A DNA stretch of 64,000 bases from an uncultured Chloroflexia bacterium (lineage in GTDB: Bacteria > Chloroflexota > Anaerolineae > Anaerolineales > UBA4823), in the NCBI GenBank assembly GCA_963829555.1, contig CAWHJB010000011.1:68857-132856 (forward strand), given 5' to 3'. The first letter of the stretch is position 1. Each line of letters opens with the position of its first letter. Position numbers and translations under genes: made by a program. Below the pieces are notes generated by a model that ran no database searches, had not been told where the DNA came from, and saw only the letters and a program-made list of their open reading frames with translations. Shown piece by piece: positions 44,182 to 53,847 of the stretch.

Positions 44182-44248
44182 GGGACCATTCCACGGAGTT
44201 TCCAAAGACTCTTTCCTGATTCTCTGGGAAATTCTGTGGGAGGGTACC
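44182..44248. repeat. inverted pair of ~30-nt units directly upstream of the sigma-54 promoter candidate at 44166-44181
   Basis: GGGACCATTCCACGGAGTTTCCAAAGACTC ... TCTCTGGGAAATTCTGTGGGAGGGTACC. Confidence 0.75.
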
Positions 44249-44402
44249 ACCACAGAAATACCGATAGATTCCCTTTCCTGAACGGCTGCATGAACGGTTA
44301 AGAGATTATAATGAGCCTGGTCAAAATTTGGATAAATTCCTCAAATCGGGAACTATCCATCATGATACCAGACAGGTTATCAATCTTATTTCGGAGAACA
44401 AC

Positions 44403-45710
44403 ATGCGCGCAGTAGATATCATCATTAAAAAACGTGATCGAGGAGAATTGACTCGTCAAGAGATTGACTATTTCATTCAGGGATATACCAGCGGTCAGAT
44501 ACCGGACTATCAGGCAGCTGCCTTCGCGATGGCAGTCTTGTTAAACGATATGACCGAGGAGGAAACGACTAACCTGACTTTAGCGATGGCTGCTTCGGGT
44601 GATATTCTGGATTTTTCCGATGTCGTGCCGATTGCAGTCGATAAACACTCAACCGGTGGGGTGGGCGATAAGACGACCCTGGTCGTCGAACCGGTGGTGG
44701 CTGCCTGCGGACTGCCGGTGGGCAAGATGTCTGGCCGGGGCTTAGGCTTCAGCGGTGGGACGCTGGACAAGATGGAATCGATCCCTGGCTACCGTACGGA
44801 CCTCACGACCGCCGAGTTTATGCACCAGCTTGGCGATATTGGTCTGGTACTGACTGGCCAAACCGGCGACCTGGCCCCGGCAGATGGCAAGCTCTATGCG
44901 TTGCGGGATGTCACCGGGACGGTTCAATCGATCCCATTGATCGCCTCATCCGTGATGAGTAAAAAAATCGCGGCTGGAGCCGATGCGATTGTGTTGGATG
45001 TCAAATTGGGAGCGGGCGCGTTTATGAAGAATTTGGAGCAGGCCCGCAAGTTAGCCTCTCTGATGGTTTCGATCGCCCGGCTTGCTCGCCGGAGAGCGGT
45101 CGCGTTGCTTGCAGATATGAACCAGCCGCTTGGCCAGGCAGTGGGGAATGCCCTGGAAGTGCAGGAATCCATCGAAACCTTGCATGGCGGCGGCCCGGCG
45201 GACTTTCGGGAACACTGCCTCATCGTAGCCGCTCATATGTTGTCTTTGGGCGGTAAAGCCGTTTCCGAAGCAGAAGGACGCCAGTTGGCGGAACAGGCGC
45301 TCGCCGATGGGCGGGCCTGGGAAAAATTTGTCGAGCTGGTCAATGCCCAGGGCGGGGATGTCAGTACGGTTGAAAACCCTGACAGGCTGCCTAAGGCAAA
45401 CCTGATCGAAACCATCAAGGCGCCTCGGGCCGGCTATTTGAGCGAGATTAACGCCCGCATGATTGGTGAATCGGCTGTAACGCTGGGAGCTGGCAGGCTG
45501 CGTTTAGAGGATCCCATCGATCACTCGGTTGGCATCGAGATTCTGCATAAGGTTGGCGATTGGATTGCCAGTGGCGATGCGCTGTTTGTGATCCATGCCC
45601 GTCAGCAGGATGAGCTGGAGGAAGCCTGCCATCGAATCCTGGCTGCGCATAGCTGGTCGGATTCGCCGGTGGAGCCGCTGCCGCTTTTTTATGAGGTCAT
45701 TAAAGAATAG
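44403..45710 (+). CDS. pdp: pyrimidine-nucleoside (thymidine) phosphorylase
   Basis: From ORF 44328..45710, with the start at ATG 44403 (MRAVDIIIKKRDRGELT). Motifs: DKHSTGGVGDKT and SGRGLGFSGGTLDK. Confidence 0.93.
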   Translation: MRAVDIIIKKRDRGELTRQEIDYFIQGYTSGQIPDYQAAAFAMAVLLNDMTEEETTNLTLAMAASGDILDFSDVVPIAVDKHSTGGVGDKTTLVVEPVVAACGLPVGKMSGRGLGFSGGTLDKMESIPGYRTDLTTAEFMHQLGDIGLVLTGQTGDLAPADGKLYALRDVTGTVQSIPLIASSVMSKKIAAGADAIVLDVKLGAGAFMKNLEQARKLASLMVSIARLARRRAVALLADMNQPLGQAVGNALEVQESIETLHGGGPADFREHCLIVAAHMLSLGGKAVSEAEGRQLAEQALADGRAWEKFVELVNAQGGDVSTVENPDRLPKANLIETIKAPRAGYLSEINARMIGESAVTLGAGRLRLEDPIDHSVGIEILHKVGDWIASGDALFVIHARQQDELEEACHRILAAHSWSDSPVEPLPLFYEVIKE

Positions 45711-45723
45711 CCTGAAAACGTGT

Positions 45724-45763
45724 CGGTGGTATGTTAGGCGATCCCCTGCCCAACATACCACCG
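45724..45763. repeat. palindrome between convergent pdp and panE
   Basis: CGGTGGTATGTTAGGC-GATCCCCT-GCCCAACATACCACCG. The inner end of the stem is imperfect. Confidence 0.85.
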
Positions 45764-45794
45764 AATTCTTCTTGCTCGCCCAAATCCGGCCGGG

Positions 45795-46868
45795 TCAGGG
45801 TTTGAACCTGCGGGCGTAATCGGACAGGAATTTTTCCGGTTGGCGGGTATACGTATCCCGGGGCAGATCACCCCGGGTGAGCGCCAGCAGGGTTTCATTT
45901 AGCATTGTGTTGGCTGGCGCCGGAAGGCCGAGCTCTGTGGCCCGGCGCACGACTGCCCCGTTCAGGTAATCGACTTCGCTTTTACCGCGCCCGCTGACCA
46001 GATCGATATGGAAAGAAGGCATTTTGCCGCCCCGTCCGCCGCCCACCGCCCGGGTTAACAACGGCCTGGAAAGCGCCAGGGGCAGCCGCTCGACGCCGAA
46101 GGCCAGTAAGCGCACAGGTGTGCCGGGCAGGTCGACCACGTCGATATTGAGAGACTGCATCACCCGCAGCGCTTCCCTTATCTGCGTGTTTTCCAATCGA
46201 TACAGACCGGGATGCGAGAAGATCTCCCCGGGGGTCATATCCAGGATCGCAGAACTGGCATTTGCCAGTAAATTGGTCAACATTTTGGACCATTTCATCG
46301 GCGCAGGTTGGGGGTAAAGCCGGGCATTCAGGCCTGCCTGGTTCAAAGCTGCCACCAGCGCTTCGGATAGCGGGTGACCGCCGGCGACGCCCATGCCTCT
46401 TAATCGCTCTAATACGATGTTACCGGCAGCTCGCCTGCCAATTGCGCTGGTGACCGTGCCGGCGATGACCCGCTCCGCTCCCAGAACACCCGCCAGGGAA
46501 GCTTCGTTCTCAACCCCATTTTGCAGGCATAAAACCGGCGGAAACCGGTCAGCAAGCGGAGCGATTGCCTTTAATGCTGACTCTGTGTCGAAAGATTTCA
46601 GCGCAAAGAGGACGACATCCACCGGCGCAATATCCAGGGCCTCTTCCAATGAGCCTGCTACCAGGGGTTGGTGGATGGCGTGGGTCTGGCCGTTGATGGT
46701 CAACTGCAGGCCGCGCTGTTTCAGTTCTTCAGCTACCTCCGGCCTTTCCAGAAAGATCACCCGGTTACCATGCAGCGCCAGGCTGCCGCCGATATAACTG
46801 CCGATGGCCCCGGCTCCAAAAGAAAGCACAGACAATGGTTGAAGCATACTTTTGGCGTTCGATTCCAT
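45795..46868 (-). CDS. panE: 2-dehydropantoate 2-reductase (ketopantoate reductase family)
   Basis: N-terminal Rossmann motif (FGAGAIGSYIGG) and an ApbA/PanE-like C-terminal domain. An alternative start is ATG 46847. Confidence 0.75.
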   Translation of the reverse strand: MESNAKSMLQPLSVLSFGAGAIGSYIGGSLALHGNRVIFLERPEVAEELKQRGLQLTINGQTHAIHQPLVAGSLEEALDIAPVDVVLFALKSFDTESALKAIAPLADRFPPVLCLQNGVENEASLAGVLGAERVIAGTVTSAIGRRAAGNIVLERLRGMGVAGGHPLSEALVAALNQAGLNARLYPQPAPMKWSKMLTNLLANASSAILDMTPGEIFSHPGLYRLENTQIREALRVMQSLNIDVVDLPGTPVRLLAFGVERLPLALSRPLLTRAVGGGRGGKMPSFHIDLVSGRGKSEVDYLNGAVVRRATELGLPAPANTMLNETLLALTRGDLPRDTYTRQPEKFLSDYARRFKP

Positions 46869-46940
46869 CTTGGATCCTCGTTTCTGGGCTAACCAATCAG
46901 ATGTCTGCTTAACGATACGATCGATCGAAAGCTTACGGCG

Positions 46941-47591
46941 TTATCGTTTGTTCGCCCAATGAGCCTGGTCGTTGGCCCCTTCCAGAGTCCAGTGATGGGA
47001 ACCGGGCGAATAAACGAAAGTCGCAAAGGCTGTGTTCCGAAAGCGAAACTGCGGCCCCAGGAAATCGGCCTGGGGGGTTAACCCAAGAATCGTATACATG
47101 ACCATTTGCAGCAGTCCGCCGTGGGAAACAACCAGGTATCTGCCAGGTGGCCGAACCATGATTTCCCGGATAGCCTGGCCGGCGCGCAGGTAGAGGTCCC
47201 ATTGGCTCTCACCGGTTTCACCGATCGGCATATAAGGGTGGATGAATTTCGGGCGCGGATAGCGTTCGGCAGCCTCATTCGGATGTAATCCGGCCAGCTG
47301 GCCGTTATCCCGCTCCATCCAGAGCGGATTCAGTTCCAGCTGGAGCTCAAGCGCGGCGGCGATGATCTCAGCCGTTTGGCGGGCGCGTGCCAGGGGACTG
47401 GTGATTGCGGTGTCGAATTGGACCCCCTCGCATTTCCAGCGCTCCGCCAGCGCATGAGCCTGGGCCCGGCCGCGTTCATTCAGCTCAAAATCTGCCTGCC
47501 CCTGGTAATAGCCTAACGCATTACCAACCGATTCGCCATGCCGGACCAAAACTAAACGGTAACGTTGTTCATCAACAGCCTTCGTAAACAT
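46941..47591 (-). CDS. histidine phosphatase (phosphoglycerate mutase-like) family protein
   Basis: From ORF 46941..47627, with the start at ATG 47591 (MFTKAV...). RHG motif LVLVRHGES and a later VVSHGG. Confidence 0.85.
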   Translation of the reverse strand: MFTKAVDEQRYRLVLVRHGESVGNALGYYQGQADFELNERGRAQAHALAERWKCEGVQFDTAITSPLARARQTAEIIAAALELQLELNPLWMERDNGQLAGLHPNEAAERYPRPKFIHPYMPIGETGESQWDLYLRAGQAIREIMVRPPGRYLVVSHGGLLQMVMYTILGLTPQADFLGPQFRFRNTAFATFVYSPGSHHWTLEGANDQAHWANKR

Positions 47592-47681
47592 CGACAAGCC
47601 CTCATCGAAGAAAGATTTTTCGCCCAAGGTTCGTACATAGGCTTGAGTAGTGTGAAAATGTCATATTAATATACAGGATAC

Positions 47682-47735
47682 CCAAATTTTGATGTGTGTG
47701 GCGGCCGCCCGCCCGCCACACACATCAAAATTTGG
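47682..47735. repeat. palindromic element, family C copy 2
   Basis: CCAAATTTTGATGTGTGTGGCGG-CCGCCCGC-CCGCCACACACATCAAAATTTGG. The left flank CAGGATAC is shared with copy 3. Confidence 0.95.
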
Positions 47736-47791
47736 ACGATTTCTTCGAATGTGACATTGTCAAGGTAGATACGAATTTTCTCAGCCCAGTT

Positions 47792-49130
47792 TCAGGTTAT
47801 CATTCGGTCTTGCCGGAGTAAATCGTCGGGCTTTTCCCGCTCCTGGATCAGGCTGGCCTGCTGCCTTTCCAGCCACAGCACTGCCGGCCGCAAAGCCCCA
47901 TTATAATGGCTGCTCATGCTGAGCTGGTAGGCGCCGGATGCGGGGACAGCCAGCAGTTCACCGGAAGATAGCTTGGGCAAGGCCAAATCCTTGGCCAGGA
48001 TATCGCCGCTCTCACAGGCCGGACCACCCAGCCAAAACGCGCCTGCAGCCGGTCGCCTAATTGCCTCAACTGGCAGCGCGCTGTATTGGCTACCATATAA
48101 GGCCGGCCTGGGGTTATCAGCCAGCCCGCCATCCAGCAAGATCCAATGCCGGTCGCCGCTCTGTTTCAGAGTGCCTACCCGGTAAAGCGCCACGCCGGCT
48201 CGTCCAACCAGGCTGCGTCCCGGTTCAAGTTGCAGGTGGGGTAAGGGCAGGGCATAGTTCTGGCAGACTTTCTGTAAATTGGAAGCGATGGTATGTACAA
48301 ATGTCTCGATGGAAGTACCCGGCAGATCGCTTTCATGATAGGCAATTCCTAACCCGCCGCCGGGGCAAAAATACCTGGCTGTCCAGCCGGTTGAAGTGCG
48401 CAGGGCAGCCAGCAGCCGGCCTCCTTTTTGAATGGCAACTTCAAGCGGGGTTAAATTCTTGCATATTCGAGCCGAGATGGAAGTGCAACCCGGTCAATGG
48501 TAAGCTGCTCTCCAGGCAAAGCCGTACAGCCTGAAAGATCTCCTCACTGGAAAAGCCAAATTTACTTTCCGCCCGGGCTGTCTGTACGTGGCTGTGGGTT
48601 TCAACGCTCAATCCTGGACGCCACCGGAGCCAGATTTCAGGAAAAGTCGTCAACCCGGAACGGAACTGCTCCCGAAGCATGATTAACTCTTCCATGTGAT
48701 CCACGACCAGGATACCCGCCTGCCGGATGCCGGCCAGGATATCCTGCCTGCGCTTGTTCACACCATGCTGAACGGTCAGCTCGCGGGGTACCCCGGCTTG
48801 TTTAACGATGTGAAGTTCGCTGGCACCGCTGCAATCGATCTTGATACCCTGGGCGCTCATCCAGTGCGCAATGGCCAGGCACAGGTAAGCTTTACCGGCA
48901 TAGGTAAGCCCACTGGCGGCGGGATATTCCCGGTCCAGTGCCTGACGATAGCGCTGAACAGCATCCAGAATGGTAGCCTGGTCATAGATGTATAAAGGCG
49001 TGCCATATTCTTCCGCCAGCCTCCCAAGTTCTAAACCCCCAATCTGCAAGGAATTCTTCTCTGAATGGATGGCTGCACTGATCGGAAATAAGGCCAGGCG
49101 CTGGTCGATTGGATAATTGCTATTGGCCAT
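47792..49130 (-). pseudogene. lysA: diaminopimelate decarboxylase, frame interrupted at a C4 (plus-strand G4) run
   Basis: N-terminal ORF 48441..49130 (TPLYIYD, YAGKAYL). The other frame reads straight through from about 48440 to 47792 (CPGGGLGIAYHE, EPGRSLVGRAG, ...LAVPASGAYQLSMSS). The switch is at GGGG 47-50 of 48447-48450. Confidence 0.9.
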
Positions 49131-49135
49131 TACGA

Positions 49136-50050
49136 TTATGAAGAGCTCCAGTCCCGGGCGCCGCGCAGGAAGATCTCTCCGGGCATGGAACGTTTTCCAG
49201 CCGGTTGGACTTCGTCCAGGACCAGCACATTCTGGGCTGTCCCGATGGCCGGCCGGTCCTCCACGACCAGTTTTTTCCCCGGTTGGGCCGGTCCCTGCGC
49301 AACATGGGCTTGATGCACCTTAAAGGGCTGATCCTGCCAGGTGGTGAAAGCGCCTGGCCAGGGCTGCATGGCTCGTACCCGGCGTTCGAGTTCGGCGGCT
49401 GTCTGGGTAAAATCCAAAAGACCATCCTCCTTTTGCAGCATGGGAGCGTAAGTGGCAGCCTCTTCATTCTGAGGAACCGGTTGAAGCCTGCCCTGTAAAT
49501 AATCCGGCAGGGTCTCTATGAGCAGTTCAGCCCCGCTCTGGGCCAGGCGCTGGCTGAGGCTTTCGGCAGTATCCGTCGGAAGAATAGGCAGCACTCGCTG
49601 GCTCAAAATAGCGCCGGTATCAATGCCCGCATCCATCTTCATGATGGTAATGCCGGTTTCCGCATCGCCATGCAGGATCGCAGCGTTGATGGGCGCTGCT
49701 CCCCGCCAGCGAGGCAGCAGGGAGGCATGCACGTTTATGCAGCCGAAAGGAGGCAAAGTCAGCACCTCCTGGCGCAGGATCTGTCCAAAAGCGGCAACCA
49801 CAATCACATCCGGCTGCCAGGCAGTTAGCTGCTGCATGGCATCTGGCTCTCGTAACCGGCGCGGCTGGATCACAGGTAGGCCCAGCATTTCGGCCAGCAC
49901 TTTGACAGGCGGCGGGGTCAGGACACGGCCCCGTCCAGCCGGCCGGTCAGGCTGAGTGACCACCCCGGCCAGCTGGTATTGATCGGCCAGATTCTTTAGG
50001 GTTGGCAGTGAAAATTCTGGTGAGCCCATGAAAACAATGCGAGTATTCAT
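49136..50050 (-). CDS. fmt: methionyl-tRNA formyltransferase
   Basis: From ORF 49136..50119, with the start at ATG 50048-50050 (MNTRIVFMGSPEF). Motifs: INVHASLLPRWRGAAPI and the SLKD-like region. Confidence 0.95.
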   Translation of the reverse strand: MNTRIVFMGSPEFSLPTLKNLADQYQLAGVVTQPDRPAGRGRVLTPPPVKVLAEMLGLPVIQPRRLREPDAMQQLTAWQPDVIVVAAFGQILRQEVLTLPPFGCINVHASLLPRWRGAAPINAAILHGDAETGITIMKMDAGIDTGAILSQRVLPILPTDTAESLSQRLAQSGAELLIETLPDYLQGRLQPVPQNEEAATYAPMLQKEDGLLDFTQTAAELERRVRAMQPWPGAFTTWQDQPFKVHQAHVAQGPAQPGKKLVVEDRPAIGTAQNVLVLDEVQPAGKRSMPGEIFLRGARDWSSS

Positions 50051-50113
50051 GGGCCTGATTTTAACATAATCAGGTACGCAATATGAGCGACGTTCCCATA
50101 AAATAGACATTAA

Positions 50114-50170
50114 AGACAAAATAAGGCGTCAGCCTGGGCATTGCGCCCAGGCTGACGCCTTATTTTGTCT
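50114..50170. repeat. palindromic element, family A copy 3
   Basis: AGACAAAATAAGGCGTCAGCCTGGGC-ATTGC-GCCCAGGCTGACGCCTTATTTTGTCT. Confidence 0.95.
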
Positions 50171-50209
50171 CATTATCGGTTTATTAAGAACCTATCCGAT
50201 AATTGTTAT

Positions 50210-50250
50210 TGTGGTTGTTGATGCGTGCGGAGCACGCATCAACAACCACA
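50210..50250. repeat. long palindrome (singleton)
   Basis: TGTGGTTGTTGATGCGTGC-GGA-GCACGCATCAACAACCACA, 40 nt from family A copy 3. Confidence 0.9.
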
Positions 50251-50277
50251 TACCCTTTCGAATTTTCGGATAGATAT

Positions 50278-52464
50278 TTAATTAGAGGAGGAATGAACTT
50301 CTTCGCCGGGACGATAGGAACGCTCAAGATTTGCTTCGATCATTGAACGGTCCATCCAGGCCGGCTTGAGTTGATGGGCAGCGAACAGGGGCGATTGATC
50401 GGCGTAGTGAGGGGAGTCAGAATCGAGCGTCGCGCTGCCATACTGGTGAATGCTGAAAGCCTGCAGTTCTCCGTTTCGATCCCATTTTGCGAGTAATACA
50501 TACAAATCGCCGGTGTATCCGATCAGGCGGCCGTCTTCCGCCAGATGACCATAAACAGCTCGCAGGATATCCGGGCCCCCGTCCAGCCCAATATCGACCG
50601 AACCACGTACCAACCGGTTCGCTTCGCTCCAGGGGACATCGATGGTGCCGTATTTTTGCCGGATCAGTTTAACGGCTTCGGTCAGAGAGTTCAACAAGGC
50701 TTTATCGGGGATCATTGTATTGACCATTGCCGAGGCGTTAATGGGCAGATCATTTTCCAACATGCGAACCAGGGTGAAAACCCAGATCGTTGCAGCCGGG
50801 CTATCGGCCGACATACGCAGGTCCCAGCTGGTCAGCAGATCGAGGGCGTGTTGGAGATCGGGATCATCCGGTATCTTCATGTGGGAAAGATGTTCGATGA
50901 AATGAGGCGGATCGGAAAATCTGGAGTAGCTGTTATCGAACTTATATCCGATGAATTCCTCAAAGCCAATCGATGGGTCACCTCCAAACAGTTCCAGGGC
51001 CCTTAAGGCGCGGTTGCTCATATTCTTTTCAATGCCCAGAGTCTCCGAGTACTGGTTGGGATCCGGGTTCCAGGGATCCAGGGTTGTCTGGAAGGGAGTG
51101 CTGTTTGCGTTTTGAACGAATCCAGAGGGGGGATTAAGCACCTGGGGCAGCGCATCGAACGGCAGGGTCTCCGTCCAGAGCGTCTCCGAGGTGTTCCCCG
51201 GCAGGTAAAGCGACCAATCGTAGCCTTCCTGACGGATAGGCAGCAAAGCATTGTAAACATAATAAATATTGCCATCCCGATCTGCATAACCGACATTGAA
51301 GCTTGGCAGACCGCCATCACTCAGGGCGTCTCGCCACTCTTCAAAATTTGTGGCTTTATTCATCCGGTACAGCTGTTGAAAAATATCCACCCGTCCGTAA
51401 CCGGCATACCTCAGTGCATATGTCCCGTGTTTCTGGCGCACGACCGGACCGTAGACAGACCAGTAGACCTTTTCTTTGACCGTCCAGGTTAACCGACCCA
51501 ACAGCTTAACCTTGATGGGGGCATCGCGTTCTTCCAGGGTTAACCAATCGCCATCGAACTGGTAGCGTTTGGGCTGGTAATAATCTGTTTCCAGGACATA
51601 AACGTCGGTCAGGTCGGGATGATTGACTGTGAAAGCCCAGCCCAGGTTACGGTTGGCGCCGTGAATAATGACCGGTGTGGCGGGAAAAGTTGCCCCGGTC
51701 ATATCCCAGCCGGTCTCGCTGTGGACGTGGGCTTCATACCAGGTGGTGGGCCCTTCCCAGGGCTGATGCGAGTTGACCGCCAGAAAGGTTGACCCGTCTT
51801 CACTCCGCCCGGGACCGATGCTAAAGGTGTTGGAACCGAAGCGTTCATCCACGTTGAACAACCCACTGGTTGGAGAGGGGGATAATTCGCTCTGGCGGCT
51901 GTCGGCAAACAATTCGGCCAGGGTATCGTCCAGACCGAAGAAAAGCGGTGATTTATGGATCGAGGCAGCCGCCAGGTCGCGGCCGGTGACCGGGTAGAGG
52001 CCGGCTGTCAGCACTTCTTTGGGATGCAGGGCGGCATAAACATTGACCCCATCCGCATACGCTTCCAACAAGGCCCGCGTGTCCGGCGTCAAATCCCGCT
52101 CGTAAGTCTCGGCGACCACATCCCAGATCCGTAGAAGCTGGACCATGTAATCGTTCGGGGCGGCATCTTTACCATAGACGCTGGCAAGCTGCCCGCGGGC
52201 AGCCAGGAGGGTTTGTTGGATGGTGAGAAAATCATCCTCGGCGTGCGCATATGCCAGACCATAAGCCGCATCCGCGTCCGTCTGTCCAAAAATATGTGGT
52301 ACCCCCCAGGTGTCCCGTAAGATTTCGACTTGATAAGCTTCACCGCGCTGAGCCAGGTCCGATAAATCGACGCGTTCCGGGCTCAAAATGAACACGATGG
52401 CTGCAACGCAGACCACGATCAAGACGAAACCGATGCGTTTTATCAGTGAGAGGTAGTTTTTCAT
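50278..52464 (-). CDS. penicillin/acyl-homoserine-lactone acylase family (Ntn hydrolase) protein
   Basis: From ORF 50278..52557, with the start at ATG 52462-52464 (MKNYLSL..., TM/signal anchor). Candidate Ser nucleophile context GSNTFSIG. Size and domain order are typical of the penicillin amidase family. Confidence 0.8.
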   Translation of the reverse strand: MKNYLSLIKRIGFVLIVVCVAAIVFILSPERVDLSDLAQRGEAYQVEILRDTWGVPHIFGQTDADAAYGLAYAHAEDDFLTIQQTLLAARGQLASVYGKDAAPNDYMVQLLRIWDVVAETYERDLTPDTRALLEAYADGVNVYAALHPKEVLTAGLYPVTGRDLAAASIHKSPLFFGLDDTLAELFADSRQSELSPSPTSGLFNVDERFGSNTFSIGPGRSEDGSTFLAVNSHQPWEGPTTWYEAHVHSETGWDMTGATFPATPVIIHGANRNLGWAFTVNHPDLTDVYVLETDYYQPKRYQFDGDWLTLEERDAPIKVKLLGRLTWTVKEKVYWSVYGPVVRQKHGTYALRYAGYGRVDIFQQLYRMNKATNFEEWRDALSDGGLPSFNVGYADRDGNIYYVYNALLPIRQEGYDWSLYLPGNTSETLWTETLPFDALPQVLNPPSGFVQNANSTPFQTTLDPWNPDPNQYSETLGIEKNMSNRALRALELFGGDPSIGFEEFIGYKFDNSYSRFSDPPHFIEHLSHMKIPDDPDLQHALDLLTSWDLRMSADSPAATIWVFTLVRMLENDLPINASAMVNTMIPDKALLNSLTEAVKLIRQKYGTIDVPWSEANRLVRGSVDIGLDGGPDILRAVYGHLAEDGRLIGYTGDLYVLLAKWDRNGELQAFSIHQYGSATLDSDSPHYADQSPLFAAHQLKPAWMDRSMIEANLERSYRPGEEVHSSSN

Positions 52465-52567
52465 CGGATAGCTTCCATGTAGCAGTAAGGTTGACTGACA
52501 GGCTGCGGCGACTGATTGCTCTGATAACGGACAGAAGCAATATGAACGTTGATACAATGAAGGTCAT

Positions 52568-52583
52568 TGCAATGCTTATGCCA
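52568..52583 (-). promoter_or_regulatory. sigma-54 -24/-12 promoter candidate upstream of the acylase gene
   Basis: The minus strand reads AC-TGGCAT-AAGCA-TTGCA-AT. It lies 104 nt upstream of ATG 52464. Confidence 0.6.
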
Positions 52584-52709
52584 GTTCGTTTTGATGGTAG
52601 AGATAAGTATTCATTTATTGAACCACATCTCTGGCAAAGCGATCGTGGGATGTATCTCCTCCCATGAACGGGATTCCGGCAATTTTGCTGGAGGGTCGAA
52701 AGAATGCTT

Positions 52710-52764
52710 GGGGACTCTGGGAAACTCTGCGGAAGAGCACCATCCCAGGAATTCTCAAAGAACC
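52710..52764. repeat. dispersed ~55-nt unit, copy 3
   Basis: GGGGACTCTGGGAAACTCTGCGGAAGAGCACCATCCCAGGAATTCTCAAAGAACC. Confidence 0.85.
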
Positions 52765-52857
52765 AATGCTTGCATCACGAAGATGATTCTGCTATAGTGA
52801 TATCGAAGGGGATAATCGATAAATCCTGACGGCGCCTTTCTAAACTGGAGGTGGACG

Positions 52858-53775
52858 ATGTGCAGTGCAATGAATCAGCAACCTCGTCATATAGTGCTTG
52901 CCCTGGATGGATCTGAACACTCTCAAGCTGGTATTCAACTCATCGCCGATTTGCCCTTGCCGCCCGGCAGTAAACTGACCGCTGTGACGGTCTATAGCGC
53001 TGGCGGGCCGGCGGTTTCGATCGCCTTACAGGCTTCATTCCGGCAGCGTTCTCATGGGATTTTCCAGGATAGACAGGTGGAGGTTGAAACCCAGGTCCTG
53101 GAAGGGCATCCGGCTGAAGCGCTGATCGGGTATGTAGATCAGGTCCATCCGGATTTACTGGTCATGGGCGCGAAAGGCCTGCGGGCCACTTTGGGCATTT
53201 TGTTGGGTGGGATCGCCCAGCAGGTGGTGGAATATGCTCACCGGCCCGTTCTGGTTGTGAGAGCGCCTTATCGCGGCTTGCAGCGAATCCTGTTTGTCAA
53301 TGATGGTTCGCTTCACAGCCAGGAGGCTGAGAGCTTCCTGGGTGATTTTCCACTGCCAACCGATGTGGATCTTCGGGTGTTACACATTTTACCACCTCCG
53401 CCCAGCCAGGATTTGCTCGCCCAGGCCTGGCCATTAGGTCCGGAGCTGCAGGTGCCTATGCCGCCAAATCTGTTAAAAGAAAACCAGGAGTGGTTGCAGG
53501 AAGAAGAGAAGCGGGCTCAGGCGCTGGTGGAGCGGTCGGTACAGGCGCTCCGTTCCCAGGGGTTGAAGCGCGTCAGGGGTGAAGTCCGGCGGGGAGATGC
53601 TGCCACGGTGGTGCTGGCGTACGCCAGCGAGCACGAGATTGATTTGATTGTGGCCGGCTCTCGGGGGTTGAGCCGCATTCAGGGATGGTTATTGGGCAGC
53701 GTTTCGCGCAAGCTTGTCCATTACGCCAGCTGCTCGGTGCTGATCATCAAGTCGCCGGAGATGAACTCCAAATAA
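52858..53775 (+). CDS. tandem universal stress protein (2 x UspA domain)
   Basis: Two Usp-like halves ending in ...LLVMGAKG...VVEYAHRPVLVV and ...LIVAGSRG...LVHYASCSVLII. Confidence 0.88.
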   Translation: MCSAMNQQPRHIVLALDGSEHSQAGIQLIADLPLPPGSKLTAVTVYSAGGPAVSIALQASFRQRSHGIFQDRQVEVETQVLEGHPAEALIGYVDQVHPDLLVMGAKGLRATLGILLGGIAQQVVEYAHRPVLVVRAPYRGLQRILFVNDGSLHSQEAESFLGDFPLPTDVDLRVLHILPPPPSQDLLAQAWPLGPELQVPMPPNLLKENQEWLQEEEKRAQALVERSVQALRSQGLKRVRGEVRRGDAATVVLAYASEHEIDLIVAGSRGLSRIQGWLLGSVSRKLVHYASCSVLIIKSPEMNSK

Positions 53776-53791
53776 CAACCTCGCACATTTA

Positions 53792-53820
53792 GCTCCACTC
53801 TCAGAGTTTCCCATGGACCC
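53792..53820. repeat. dispersed ~30-nt unit
   Basis: GCTCCACTCTCAGAGTTTCCCATGGACCC. Confidence 0.75.
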
Positions 53821-53847
53821 GAAGGATTGCCCTCCGTTCGTGGTCAA

